DNA of 28,424 nt from a virus (taxonomy: Duplodnaviria; Caudoviricetes): positions 1 to 28,424 of the IMG/VR virus record IMGVR_UViG_3300014656_000101. One strand, given 5' to 3'. The notes beneath the pieces were generated by a model. The model was not told the origin of the DNA. It searched no databases and saw only the letters and a list, made by a program, of their open reading frames with translations. Within the stretch, counting starts at the first letter, position 1, and the number at the start of each line of letters is the position of its first letter. The position numbers were made by a program, and so were the translations under genes. This document shows positions 7,751-16,492 of this stretch, in pieces.

Positions 7751-8182
7751 ATGGGCGGTTCTTTAGGTAAGTGTAGAGTTTGTGGGGGAGATGCTGGAGT
7801 GGTATATCCATTGTTGCCGGGTAGTCCTGCTTTCTGTTCTGGGCATCATAATCAAGAGAGTGCTGGCCCTTTCGGTTGTGACTTCTCTGGTCCAGACGAC
7901 TTTGACATTCCTTGGTGTGCCGAGGATATTCCGTTTACTTCCCCAAGAGTGCAAAAACTTGACCGTGATACTTTCATTTGGACTGACAAGGGGGAGACCA
8001 AGCATTCTCTTGCGGCTATAGACGACCAGTATCTGCAAAACATCATTAACTACCTAAAGCGGGGTGAAGGTCATACGATTGGAGGAGCACACCGAAGGAA
8101 GAGGGTTATCGACTTTCTGGTAATGGAGCAGACAATATGGGCGGCTGGACGAGACTCCTCAGTAGGAGAGGAGAAAGCATAG
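7751..8182 (+). CDS. Hypothetical protein with N-terminal Cys/His motif
   Basis: AGGAGG RBS; CRVC...FCSGHH. Confidence 0.7.
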   Translation: MGGSLGKCRVCGGDAGVVYPLLPGSPAFCSGHHNQESAGPFGCDFSGPDDFDIPWCAEDIPFTSPRVQKLDRDTFIWTDKGETKHSLAAIDDQYLQNIINYLKRGEGHTIGGAHRRKRVIDFLVMEQTIWAAGRDSSVGEEKA

Positions 8183-8811
8183 TGGAAATACTATTAACAG
8201 AGCAAATAGACCTTGAGCAAGTAGCCGGCCTGTGTGCCGTCGGTGTAAAGCGCAAGCCGCCAACCCCTCGTGACTTTTCCAAGTTCCATGTTACCAACTT
8301 GCTAGAGTCTGCCAGACTCATATCCAGGGGGGATGTCCGGTACCACGAATATGAGGGTCATCCCAAGGGTATCATGTCTCTCGGTCGCATTTGGGAGACC
8401 TCTATGGACTGCTATCTCATCGACTATGCTACCCAGAAGGGTGGGGTGTATATCCCGGATGTGGAGCAGGAACAGGATGGCATAATCGCTTCCCTTGATG
8501 GGATTATGATACTACCCGATTTGGGGGTGATGGTAGTGGAGACCAAGTTACGATTTACTCTCAGAGATGAGATACTGCTCAAGCATCTACAGCAAGTTCG
8601 GGCTTACTGTCACCTCGCGGGCACTGATTTGGTGTGCTATGTGTCCGGGCATTTGACCAGTGCTCCCCCGACTGCTCAGGCATTGTTAAGGATATTCAGA
8701 CTTACTAAGCTCAGTATCAAGGAGACTTGGGAAGGGTTAGTGAATACGAAGGAGTATTTAACAAGTAGGGGGCTTGGGCCGAGTGTAGTTGCAAAGGAGG
8801 GGATGGAGTAG
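8182..8811 (+). CDS. PD-(D/E)XK nuclease (YqaJ/Cas4-like exonuclease)
   Basis: GTG 8182 after AGGAGAGG; ASLDG...VVETK...QQVRAY motifs. Confidence 0.75.
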   Translation: MEILLTEQIDLEQVAGLCAVGVKRKPPTPRDFSKFHVTNLLESARLISRGDVRYHEYEGHPKGIMSLGRIWETSMDCYLIDYATQKGGVYIPDVEQEQDGIIASLDGIMILPDLGVMVVETKLRFTLRDEILLKHLQQVRAYCHLAGTDLVCYVSGHLTSAPPTAQALLRIFRLTKLSIKETWEGLVNTKEYLTSRGLGPSVVAKEGME

Positions 8812-9200
8812 TGTTTAAGAAGGACTTATGGTGTGGTTATTGTGGTACGCAGGACTTTATTGAGCTACCTGATCTAAGGCATCCCGGCGACTCAAGGTAC
8901 TCTGGATGGGAGTGTGTCGCTTGCCGTGCGACCTTCGAGGATAATCCCGGCTACTGGTATTTCACTACTTACTGGGGTGACAATGACGAATGTGACGAGG
9001 GGAAGTACAGCCTCAATACTGGGGAGACACTTGACGATGGCAAGCCGCCGAGAACTCCTGAAGGTGAGGAGCAGGCAAGAGAGTCGGTTGGTGACTTCTT
9101 GGTGGCAATGGATCTGCTTGCCAGTGAATGGTACAGTAGCAGGGATGATGGGGAAGTAAAAAGCAACAAGGAGGAAGAACTGAATGACAAGTCTAAGTAA
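8811..9200 (+). CDS. Hypothetical zinc-ribbon protein
   Basis: GTG start overlapping the upstream stop; CGYC...CVAC; acidic tail. Confidence 0.65.
   Translation: MFKKDLWCGYCGTQDFIELPDLRHPGDSRYSGWECVACRATFEDNPGYWYFTTYWGDNDECDEGKYSLNTGETLDDGKPPRTPEGEEQARESVGDFLVAMDLLASEWYSSRDDGEVKSNKEEELNDKSK
8933..8973 (+). repeat. 41-bp direct repeat, copy 1
   Basis: CTTCGAGGATAATCCCGGCTACTGGTATTTCACTACTTACT; 40/41 identical to 10851-10891. Confidence 0.95.
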
Positions 9201-9945
9201 GGTGGCCGTAACCTATACCCCGACCCAGATAGCCCAGCTCAAGGGGCTCGGTTTTTCGGATGCTCTGGTGGGAACTCCCAGGCGCTTGATAGCATCCGTA
9301 GAGGGTAGAGATAAGACAGGAAAGACCAATTTTGCTCTTACTGCTCCCCCACCGATAGTGTTTTTCAATATCGACATTGGCACTGAGGGAGTAGTAGGCA
9401 AATTCCAAGAAGCAGGCAAGCAGGTATTCGTCTATGATGTCCGTGTTCCCAAGGGGGCTTCACAGAACGTATATACTACCATGTGGTCTGATTTCAAGCA
9501 CCGTATGGGAGTGGCATACACTCTCGGTACGGGGTCGGTAGTTGTCGATACCAGTTCCGAGGGGTTCGAGCTTGCCCGCCTTTCCCACTTCGGTAAACTC
9601 ACTCAGGTTATGCCTCATCACTACACAGAAGTGAACTCAGAATGGCGGGAACTGATGCGACTGGCTTACGATTCTGCTATGAATACTATCTTTGTTCATA
9701 AGCAGAAGCCAAAGTATGTAAACAATGCCCGGACTAGCGAGTATGAACTGGCTGGGTTTGGGGAAATGGGGTATCTGAGCCAGATTAATCTGGTGACTTA
9801 TTGCGAACCCAATATTGCTACAGGTAAGCCAGACTTCAGTGTCTATGTCAAGAACTGCCGACATAATCCTGATGTTAGTGGCCAGGTTCTCCGAGGGCCA
9901 CTGTGTAACTTCGAGTTCCTTTTATCGCTCGTTCATTCTAAATAA
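9184..9945 (+). CDS. P-loop ATPase (AAA_24/Sak4-like phage recombination ATPase)
   Basis: Walker A GRDKTGKT, NIDIGTEG, Walker B VVVDT; close to a PD-(D/E)XK nuclease. Confidence 0.75.
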   Translation: MTSLSKVAVTYTPTQIAQLKGLGFSDALVGTPRRLIASVEGRDKTGKTNFALTAPPPIVFFNIDIGTEGVVGKFQEAGKQVFVYDVRVPKGASQNVYTTMWSDFKHRMGVAYTLGTGSVVVDTSSEGFELARLSHFGKLTQVMPHHYTEVNSEWRELMRLAYDSAMNTIFVHKQKPKYVNNARTSEYELAGFGEMGYLSQINLVTYCEPNIATGKPDFSVYVKNCRHNPDVSGQVLRGPLCNFEFLLSLVHSK

Positions 9946-9963
9946 CAGGGGAGGTATCTACGA

Positions 9964-10221
9964 TTGATATGTGGTCACAGTATACTAAGTTGCATCCTGC
10001 ACGAGTTTTTGCACTGGTGTTTTGCGTTGGCGTGGTGCTTGGCGGTTCTCTTCCTGAACTGGGCAATCTGGCGAACTACTATATGTTCCATTCACGTCTT
10101 GCCATCCATTACTTCAACCAACCGTTTCTGGTACTTGGGGTTCTGGGTGTCATTGTCTGTGGTTTCGCACTATGTAGGCGATAATGTGTGGATAATACCG
10201 TTTTGGGAGATTAGATTATGA
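9964..10221 (+). CDS. Small membrane protein
   Basis: TTG start after GGAGGT; two hydrophobic segments; ATGA overlap with the next gene. Confidence 0.55.
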   Translation: MICGHSILSCILHEFLHWCFALAWCLAVLFLNWAIWRTTICSIHVLPSITSTNRFWYLGFWVSLSVVSHYVGDNVWIIPFWEIRL

Positions 10222-10862
10222 AGATGACTTACATTGGAGCCAGAGATTTACCAGAAGCATGGTTTCTTTGTCTTAAGGGCTGTATGGAGTCAGGCTACGA
10301 ATATACCATAGACTGCGGCAGTCATCAAGGTTCAAAGCGTAAAGAATTTGATTCTGTTACTATATTGGTCAAGTATCCTGGCTCCAGACCACTTGTGCCG
10401 ACTGTCCCCGAAGGTGTTCCATCACCGTCCAGTATGGAGTATGTGGAAAGTTATCTGCCTTATCTAATGACCAGTCATAAGGAGCCTAATGAGCAATATA
10501 CCTACGGGGAAGATTTGGATAGCCAGTTACCCAAGTTGATTGAGATGTATAAACAGGATGGGTTTGGCACTGATCAGGCTTGTATGACAGTAGGTAGTAA
10601 GTCGTCTATACTGCTGAGTGACCCTCCATGTTTGAGGGTGATTGACACCAGAATACGATATGGCAAACTCTATTTCTATGTCTACTTCCGGTCGTGGGAC
10701 TTATGGGGTGGTTTTCCATCGAACTTGGCTGCTATCCAGATAATCAAGGAATATGTGGCTGGTGAGGTCGGAGTAGAGGACGGAGAACTGGTAGCTTACA
10801 GTAAAGGTCTCCATTTATACCAGCACCATTGGGAGCTGGCGAGGGTGGTGCTTCGAGGATAA
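10218..10862 (+). CDS. thyA: Thymidylate synthase family protein (short ThyA-type)
   Basis: YTYG, DPPCLR catalytic Cys, FRSWDL, GFPSN (Asn typical of dUMP-specific enzymes), LHLY. Confidence 0.85.
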   Translation: MKMTYIGARDLPEAWFLCLKGCMESGYEYTIDCGSHQGSKRKEFDSVTILVKYPGSRPLVPTVPEGVPSPSSMEYVESYLPYLMTSHKEPNEQYTYGEDLDSQLPKLIEMYKQDGFGTDQACMTVGSKSSILLSDPPCLRVIDTRIRYGKLYFYVYFRSWDLWGGFPSNLAAIQIIKEYVAGEVGVEDGELVAYSKGLHLYQHHWELARVVLRG

Positions 10863-10891
10863 TCCCGGCTACGGGTATTTCACTACTTACT
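10851..10891 (+). repeat. 41-bp direct repeat, copy 2
   Basis: Matches 8933-8973 with one mismatch; supplies the thyA stop codon. Confidence 0.95.
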
Positions 10892-10897
10892 TAGGAG

Positions 10898-11170
10898 GTG
10901 TTGGCAATGAAAGATAACCCATACGGCGACCATATACACTGGGTCAGCGAAGCCGAATATGAAAAGGCCGTCGGGCAGCTCCGGCTCCAACTAAGTGGCG
11001 TGTTCAAACCTTTCATGCTTTACGGCTTGGGTGTTTTTATTCCAGGTGCTGTCGATGAAGCCGTCAGACTGGCTGAGGACTTCAGCTTGAGAGTGCGTGG
11101 TGTTGATAAGCTACTGAGTTTGGAACAGGTGCGACAACGGAACAGTCGTGGAGGAGGGAGTGGGAGATAG
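10898..11170 (+). CDS. Hypothetical protein (start may be ATG 10907)
   Basis: AGGAGG RBS; coupled to the next ORF. Confidence 0.65.
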   Translation: MLAMKDNPYGDHIHWVSEAEYEKAVGQLRLQLSGVFKPFMLYGLGVFIPGAVDEAVRLAEDFSLRVRGVDKLLSLEQVRQRNSRGGGSGR

Positions 11171-11601
11171 TGTCTAACATAATTTTCGATTTCTGGGCTT
11201 GTCAGCGTCCTCTTACCCGCAAGTGGGGTTCAGGTCAGGTGTTCAACCGTATCAGCAAACAGTTCGGCAGGCCTAATGTGGCTTTTGGTAAAACTGACAA
11301 TATCCCCGATAGTGTCTTCTATGTGGATCACTCTAATGGATTCGAGTGGTCTTGCCTGCCGTTTGAGAACGACACTTTTGAGTTCGGTTACTGGGACCCG
11401 CTCTATGACAAGTTATATAAAAAAGAGGGGCAGGAGATATGGAGGACGTGCCGTAGACTAGCTATCCTCCACACTCACATCTGGCCGAGAGCCTGGCTTG
11501 TGGGAGCTGAGAGGCAGGCTATGGTGGCAATTACTATGGGGCCGATGAAGCAGATACGGTGTCTGCAAGTGTTTGGGAAGAGTAGGAGTAGAGATAAGTG
11601 A
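11170..11601 (+). CDS. Minimal methyltransferase-like protein
   Basis: LPFENDTFEFGYWDPLY resembles the LPFxDxxFD...DPPY motif of small phage amino-methyltransferases. Confidence 0.55.
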   Translation: MSNIIFDFWACQRPLTRKWGSGQVFNRISKQFGRPNVAFGKTDNIPDSVFYVDHSNGFEWSCLPFENDTFEFGYWDPLYDKLYKKEGQEIWRTCRRLAILHTHIWPRAWLVGAERQAMVAITMGPMKQIRCLQVFGKSRSRDK

Positions 11602-11656
11602 CTAGATTACGGAGTAGCCGAGACGTTCATCGTAGTCATGGTTGGAAGCACTGTAG

Positions 11657-11956
11657 GTGGAAGGTATGAGCATATGTGACGTGTTCCTCTATTACGAGGA
11701 AGCTAGGGAGCTGGGCTATAGCTTGCATCACTGTGGCAACGACGGCTCTGGTGGCGTCTCCTATGTCTCTTATGTGAAGAACGGACTATTCTTGGATATC
11801 TGGAGGAACGAGGCCGGGGGATTGCTGGCTAAATTGTCGTTTGTTTTTCCACCAGCAATCACTTCTATACGGTTCAGTCTCCCGAACAAGAACTTTGCTG
11901 TCTTCGAGGATAGGATGATGCGGGCGAAGAGGATCGTCGAGGCAGAGGGGTTATGA
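11657..11956 (+). CDS. Hypothetical protein (start probably ATG 11666)
   Basis: ORF co-oriented with the operon. Confidence 0.6.
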   Translation: MEGMSICDVFLYYEEARELGYSLHHCGNDGSGGVSYVSYVKNGLFLDIWRNEAGGLLAKLSFVFPPAITSIRFSLPNKNFAVFEDRMMRAKRIVEAEGL

Positions 11957-11998
11957 GTTAACCAGTACTGGTCTTGGCGACAAAAAACTAAAACGTAC

Positions 11999-12027
11999 TT
12001 GACAATCTCTGCTGTATAGTGTATCAT
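11999..12027 (+). promoter_or_regulatory. Sigma70-type promoter
   Basis: TTGACA 11999-12004, 17 nt, TATCAT 12022-12027; A-tract upstream. Confidence 0.75.
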
Positions 12028-12052
12028 AATACCAAAACGAACAGGAGGTATT

Positions 12053-12841
12053 ATGATGAACCAGCGAGCAGTGACGGCAGAGTGTTCGGATTATCCTATA
12101 CCGGATACCAGTAATCATATAGAGAGAAACGAACAGGTGGCAATTAACATTGGGGAGTGGATATCATCGAAGCCATCTGGCAGGAAGTGTGGAATGTCCA
12201 TACACTTACAGAACGAATCGAGAAGACATGAGCAGATGATTGTGGGAGTACTCTGTGGTTGCTGGAGTTGCAAAGTGTGTGGCCCATATCTCCAAGATAA
12301 GTGGTTACGCCACTTGTCTGAGAAGCTGGACATAGAAGACACCATATATGCTTTGCAAATACCGATTAGTCGGTGGGAGACGTACAGGATGAGGATAGTT
12401 AGGGCTGGTGGAGAGTATGCCAGAATCGAGTTAGAGAGTGGAGTACTGGTAGTGTTCACAAATGCTCCTGTAGGTAAACCCATAGAGGGCGACTTGTCAG
12501 CTGTCCTCAAGCTGGCTATTAGTTCCGTCACCTTCTCGCATAAACCGATATCTACTTCCCGTGGATGGAAGTTATCAGGTGATGGTAGGGGCTCTTTTAC
12601 TGGGAGAGGATGGAAGCGTATAGGTCAACTATCTGCAACGGTAGAAGAGGCAGAGAAAGTAGTACGGAGTATGGGAGTAAGTGTCCACACATTCTGCCAT
12701 ATTGGCAAGTATGGATTCTACATTCATCTTCCTTACGAATGGGATGACGATAAAATTAGAGAGTTTGCTTGCACTCTGGGCAGATTAATCCCTGTAGAGG
12801 AGGCGAGTCCTGACTATTTTCTGCACCAACCAACGAAATGA
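12053..12841 (+). CDS. Zn-finger protein, possibly a degenerate rolling-circle Rep homologue
   Basis: AGGAGGT RBS; CG...CGCWSCKVCG.....KW; STSRGW; no HUH motif. Confidence 0.65.
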   Translation: MMNQRAVTAECSDYPIPDTSNHIERNEQVAINIGEWISSKPSGRKCGMSIHLQNESRRHEQMIVGVLCGCWSCKVCGPYLQDKWLRHLSEKLDIEDTIYALQIPISRWETYRMRIVRAGGEYARIELESGVLVVFTNAPVGKPIEGDLSAVLKLAISSVTFSHKPISTSRGWKLSGDGRGSFTGRGWKRIGQLSATVEEAEKVVRSMGVSVHTFCHIGKYGFYIHLPYEWDDDKIREFACTLGRLIPVEEASPDYFLHQPTK

Positions 12842-13586
12842 TCAAGACCTGGTAAAAGCACTCGGGTCTATGGCAGTGTCTATTCCTCTACCCCACGCGG
12901 ATATCTTGTTTTTCGGAGTAAATGATGCCAGGGAACCCATTCGCATCGGAATTGAGAGAAAAAAACTTGGCGATATGGTTAATTCTATCCTCGGTGGTCG
13001 CTATCTCCATCAAGTTCAGGCAGCAAAGGAGATGGGGGTAGACGTCCTTGTTCTGGTAGTCGAGGTGGAGAGAATGCGTCCCAGTCCGGAGGATGGCTTG
13101 ATAGAAGTCCCGGTATGGCGTTCTGTGATGGTTCCCGGTTCTCTTAAACCGAAGACGAAGCAGGTATGGGAACCACTCAAACCATCTATCTCCTACAGCA
13201 GGTTCGACCAGTATCTTACTGAGCTGGACTACTTGGCTGGCATAATTGTGAAACGGTCTGTGGATGTGCGAGAAACTGCTGCCATCGTGAAGGCGTTGTG
13301 GCTGAACTTCCAAACTCCACCAAGCAAGCACCAATCTCTACACTCTATCTATACTGCTCCCTCGGATAAGGTATTGCTTCGTAAGCCTGGTCTGGTACAG
13401 CGAGTTGCCAAAGAAATTGACGGGATAGGATGGGAGAGGTCTGCCGATGTTGCTCGTAAGTTCCCGACTGTGAAGTCAATGGTGGATGCGGACGCGAAGG
13501 ACTGGCTGGAAATTGATGGGATAGGGAAGATTACGGCTCAGAAGGCAGTATCCAGCTTGAATGGGGGCATACCCGATGCCAGATGA
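12810..13586 (+). CDS. ERCC4 (XPF/Mus81/Hef-type) nuclease with C-terminal HhH2; probable CTG start at 12810 (first ATG 12870)
   Basis: GIERKKLGD (ERKxxxD), GRY..Q, LVVE, two HhH motifs IDGIG; GAGGAGG 6 nt before an in-frame CTG. Confidence 0.85.
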   Translation: MTIFCTNQRNDQDLVKALGSMAVSIPLPHADILFFGVNDAREPIRIGIERKKLGDMVNSILGGRYLHQVQAAKEMGVDVLVLVVEVERMRPSPEDGLIEVPVWRSVMVPGSLKPKTKQVWEPLKPSISYSRFDQYLTELDYLAGIIVKRSVDVRETAAIVKALWLNFQTPPSKHQSLHSIYTAPSDKVLLRKPGLVQRVAKEIDGIGWERSADVARKFPTVKSMVDADAKDWLEIDGIGKITAQKAVSSLNGGIPDAR

Positions 13587-13770
13587 CATCAATGTCTGTT
13601 GTCCTCATCTGTATCTGCTGGGCTGCGCTAACACGGGTGAACACCAACACATAACCTGTGACAGCAAAAGTGGCTTTGACGGCAATCCTATAATCGATAA
13701 TGAGTGGGTCAAAGTCCACTGTTTGGGTGAGTCCTTCGCCTCCTGTCCCTATTTCCCCAGAAGTGGGTAA
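13576..13770 (+). CDS. Small Cys-rich hypothetical protein
   Basis: CPHL...ITC...HC....SCPYF. Confidence 0.6.
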   Translation: MPDDINVCCPHLYLLGCANTGEHQHITCDSKSGFDGNPIIDNEWVKVHCLGESFASCPYFPRSG

Positions 13771-13799
13771 AAATATTTCCACTTTTTTCGTTTACCCCC

Positions 13800-13828
13800 T
13801 TGACAAGTAGTCAAAGATGTGGTAATAT
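13800..13828 (+). promoter_or_regulatory. Sigma70-type promoter
   Basis: TTGACA 13800-13805, 17 nt, extended TG, TAATAT 13823-13828; T-tract upstream. Confidence 0.7.
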
Positions 13829-13865
13829 TGTATGGTAGTATGGGAATAAGTAGGAAAAGTAAGTT

Positions 13866-14039
13866 ATGCAAGACACAGGAATGATACTGAAACTGAGAGA
13901 GGCAGCTGAGCTACTCCGCATCAATCCAGAAAGCCTCCGCCGTCTATCTGAGTCGGGCAAGGTTAATGGGGCTTTTAAGATTGGTAAGCTGTGGCGGTAT
14001 CACAGGCCGGAGTTGATTGGAAAGGCGGAGCCGAAATGA
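13866..14039 (+). CDS. Excisionase-like winged HTH protein (57 aa, not in ORF track)
   Basis: MQDTGMILKLREAAELLRINPESLRRLSESGKVNGAFKIGKLWRYHRPELIGKAEPK matches the HTH_17/Xis pattern. Confidence 0.85.
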   Translation: MQDTGMILKLREAAELLRINPESLRRLSESGKVNGAFKIGKLWRYHRPELIGKAEPK

Positions 14040-14248
14040 AAACGGTAGAACAGGTAAAGGACTATCGCAGGCACATCATCCGGTATGTGGAGAGGAAGTG
14101 CCAGAAGCACCGACTCACTACTACTGTACTGTGTCTTTACAATACCACCGATGATGATATAGTCTACTGGGACAGATGCTTCAAATCCTGTAAGCGGGGG
14201 CGACGGTTTGGTGATGTAGAGTTCGAGTTGGGAGAGAAGCAGCAATGA
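14036..14248 (+). CDS. Hypothetical protein
   Basis: ATGA overlaps at both ends. Confidence 0.65.
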   Translation: MKTVEQVKDYRRHIIRYVERKCQKHRLTTTVLCLYNTTDDDIVYWDRCFKSCKRGRRFGDVEFELGEKQQ

Positions 14249-14871
14249 GTTACAGAGAACGTGACAGCAATCCTTTCATCCGATATGTCCCCAGAGAAGA
14301 AGAGGCATGGACGTGGCTTGTCTCCGACCCTCATTTTGACCATGAGAACATCATCCGGTATTGCGACCGTCCATTCGAGACCGTAGCAGAGATGAACGAT
14401 TGCATTCTCAGTAACTGGAATAATAACATCAAACCAGACGACCTCGTTTTCTTTCTTGGTGATATGGCATTCGGTAGGGGTTCACGGAAGCCAAGATGGT
14501 GGCTCGGTGAGCTGAATGGCCGTAAAGTCTATCTCAAGGGGAGCCATGACAATGGTATTCGCTCAGCTTCTGCTGGCTTGGGTGATAATGTCTTGTGTGT
14601 TGCCGATGTGGCTATACTGGTCACGGATGTCTGCTCATACATGCTGGTACACGACCCGTCTAATGTTCCAGACTGGTGGAGGGGATGGGTTGTTCATGGA
14701 CATGTCCATGACAACAGACCATATATGGATACTAAGACGTGGTACAGGCGTAGATACGTGAATGTGAGTGTTGAGGTGACTGGGTATAAACCGATTACTG
14801 TCAAACAGTTGGTGGCTGATACGATTAATGGAGAAATAGAAAACAGTGAACCTCTGGAGGTGAAGAAATGA
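14245..14871 (+). CDS. Calcineurin-like metallophosphoesterase
   Basis: SDPHFDH, LGD, GSHD, VHDP, HGHVH, NVSVE. Confidence 0.9.
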   Translation: MSYRERDSNPFIRYVPREEEAWTWLVSDPHFDHENIIRYCDRPFETVAEMNDCILSNWNNNIKPDDLVFFLGDMAFGRGSRKPRWWLGELNGRKVYLKGSHDNGIRSASAGLGDNVLCVADVAILVTDVCSYMLVHDPSNVPDWWRGWVVHGHVHDNRPYMDTKTWYRRRYVNVSVEVTGYKPITVKQLVADTINGEIENSEPLEVKK

Positions 14872-15248
14872 AAGAGCATAAATACAGAGCGAGAAGTTTT
14901 AAGGGAGAATGGTTTTACTTTGAATTATTTGAAGTAACAAATCATTTTCCCGACAGTGATACATTCTATGTGGGGGGAGTGGCTCTTGATAAGGGTACAG
15001 TAAGTCAGTGTACGGGACTCCAAGATAGAAACGGCAGGGATGCTTATCATAAAGATATTGTGTGTAGAATGGATACTCTCTACACGATAGAATGGCATGA
15101 TAATTTAGCGGGTTGGTACTTGAAATCCTTAACCGGCGGCTGCTGGCATGGTATAACTAAAAGCGATATGGCTCTTATGTGTGCAGTTGTTGGTGGCATC
15201 AAAGAGAGTCCTGAGCTTTTGGAGGCTGATGATGAGCACAAGCGGTGA
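14868..15248 (+). CDS. YopX family protein
   Basis: KYRA...TVSQCTGLQDRNG.....DIV...VVGGIKESPELLE. Confidence 0.85.
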   Translation: MKEHKYRARSFKGEWFYFELFEVTNHFPDSDTFYVGGVALDKGTVSQCTGLQDRNGRDAYHKDIVCRMDTLYTIEWHDNLAGWYLKSLTGGCWHGITKSDMALMCAVVGGIKESPELLEADDEHKR

Positions 15249-15342
15249 TAAGGTCGTGATAGTCATCAAGTCGATTGTGGTGCTGATAGTATTACTGATA
15301 GTCGAGGCGCTGTGGATTTGGATATTTGGAATGGAGATATGA
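15229..15342 (+). CDS. 37-aa single-pass membrane peptide (not in ORF track)
   Basis: GGAGG RBS; MMSTSGDKVVIVIKSIVVLIVLLIVEALWIWIFGMEI. Confidence 0.55.
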   Translation: MMSTSGDKVVIVIKSIVVLIVLLIVEALWIWIFGMEI

Positions 15343-15346
15343 TGAA

Positions 15347-16084
15347 ATGAAAGAACTAAATGGTGATACTAAGTTTTTTGTGGATGTGCAGCATGGGTCT
15401 CATTATCATGTGGCTGGGTGCCACGTACTCTCTTGGTGGCCACCCACATGCTACGTAGAACTCCCCTATTCTGAGATAAGAGAGTTGAGGAACAAGAGGA
15501 ACGGTGGTGCGTTTGTTGCTCACGGTTGCGTGGTTGATGCGGTGGTACTCCACTCTATGGATACTGGCACCGTTCCCTGTCGTATATGTGGTATCCAGAT
15601 ACCCACGACGAGCACAAAGCTCTGTAACCGTTGCTGGGAACTGGAGACCCGTATCAAGGACGATCCCGAGTTGGCTGCAGGGATACTCAGCAGGATTGGG
15701 AAACTGAGGATTGTTTATCGTGGCTGGCCAGGGCATTTCATAATGGGCAATCGGTGTGTCTTCCACTTGAATACCTTGATTGAGTATATGGGTATCCGAA
15801 TAGTAGTCAGTACGGTCGGTAATCTCCAATCCAATCCCTTGAAGTCGAGGAAACCAGAGGAGGTCGGTGCTGGTCGGTATTATGAGACTATGGCCTTCCA
15901 TGCCCGATTTGATGACGGGTACTGGGACACAGACACAGATACCAGTAAGATGATATCATTACAGGGCAAGACTGCTGTCACCAAGATGACCTGGGAGAGT
16001 GATGCTGAGGCACAAGAGATGCACGAGGTTGCTGTTCAGGAGACCGTCAGGGGAGTGCGGGAAGGGAGGATCAGGAATGAATAG
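15347..16084 (+). CDS. Hypothetical multi-segment protein with central Zn finger
   Basis: GGAG RBS; CRIC...CNRC; GWPGHFI...VSTVG...YYETMAF. Confidence 0.7.
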   Translation: MKELNGDTKFFVDVQHGSHYHVAGCHVLSWWPPTCYVELPYSEIRELRNKRNGGAFVAHGCVVDAVVLHSMDTGTVPCRICGIQIPTTSTKLCNRCWELETRIKDDPELAAGILSRIGKLRIVYRGWPGHFIMGNRCVFHLNTLIEYMGIRIVVSTVGNLQSNPLKSRKPEEVGAGRYYETMAFHARFDDGYWDTDTDTSKMISLQGKTAVTKMTWESDAEAQEMHEVAVQETVRGVREGRIRNE

Positions 16085-16214
16085 AGATAAGCATCTGCGT
16101 TGGGAAGATGATAATAGGTTAAGTGGATTAGGGGCATTCGTTTTCTGGGTTATTTCGTCAGGACTAGTACTTGCTCCGTTTGTTATTCTTTATTTCCAAA
16201 CTAGACAGGACTGA
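16077..16214 (+). CDS. Small membrane protein (45 aa)
   Basis: GGAGG RBS before ATG 16077; hydrophobic C-half. Confidence 0.55.
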   Translation: MNRDKHLRWEDDNRLSGLGAFVFWVISSGLVLAPFVILYFQTRQD

Positions 16215-16262
16215 GGTACAGGTTCAGGAGATAGCCGACAGAGTCAGGAAAGGGGAGTTGAA

Positions 16263-16490
16263 ATGAAGTTTACATCCGGAAGAATAGCGAGTACTGTGGT
16301 ACTTCTGGTGTCAGTGGGCTGTGTCTGCGGCGATATAATACTTGCCCAATGGTTGTTCTCATATTTGCCCGATTTGTCTTGGCTGTTCGGGACTAAACTC
16401 GGTATAAGTGTTCTCGTTGTTGTAATGATGTCCGGGATAGTTACGTATGCTGTATCTTCACACAGGGAATCAGTAAGGTTTGAGAGGTAA
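16263..16490 (+). CDS. Two-TM membrane protein
   Basis: GGGGAG RBS; two hydrophobic helices. Confidence 0.65.
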   Translation: MKFTSGRIASTVVLLVSVGCVCGDIILAQWLFSYLPDLSWLFGTKLGISVLVVVMMSGIVTYAVSSHRESVRFER

Positions 16491-16492
16491 GG

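Noticed and set aside
10218-10862. dCMP hydroxymethylase
   Set aside because: The specificity residue is Asn (GFPSN), as in dUMP-using enzymes, not Asp
13866-14039. Integration module or att site
   Set aside because: An Xis-like HTH is present, but no integrase or host-virus junction is visible in the window
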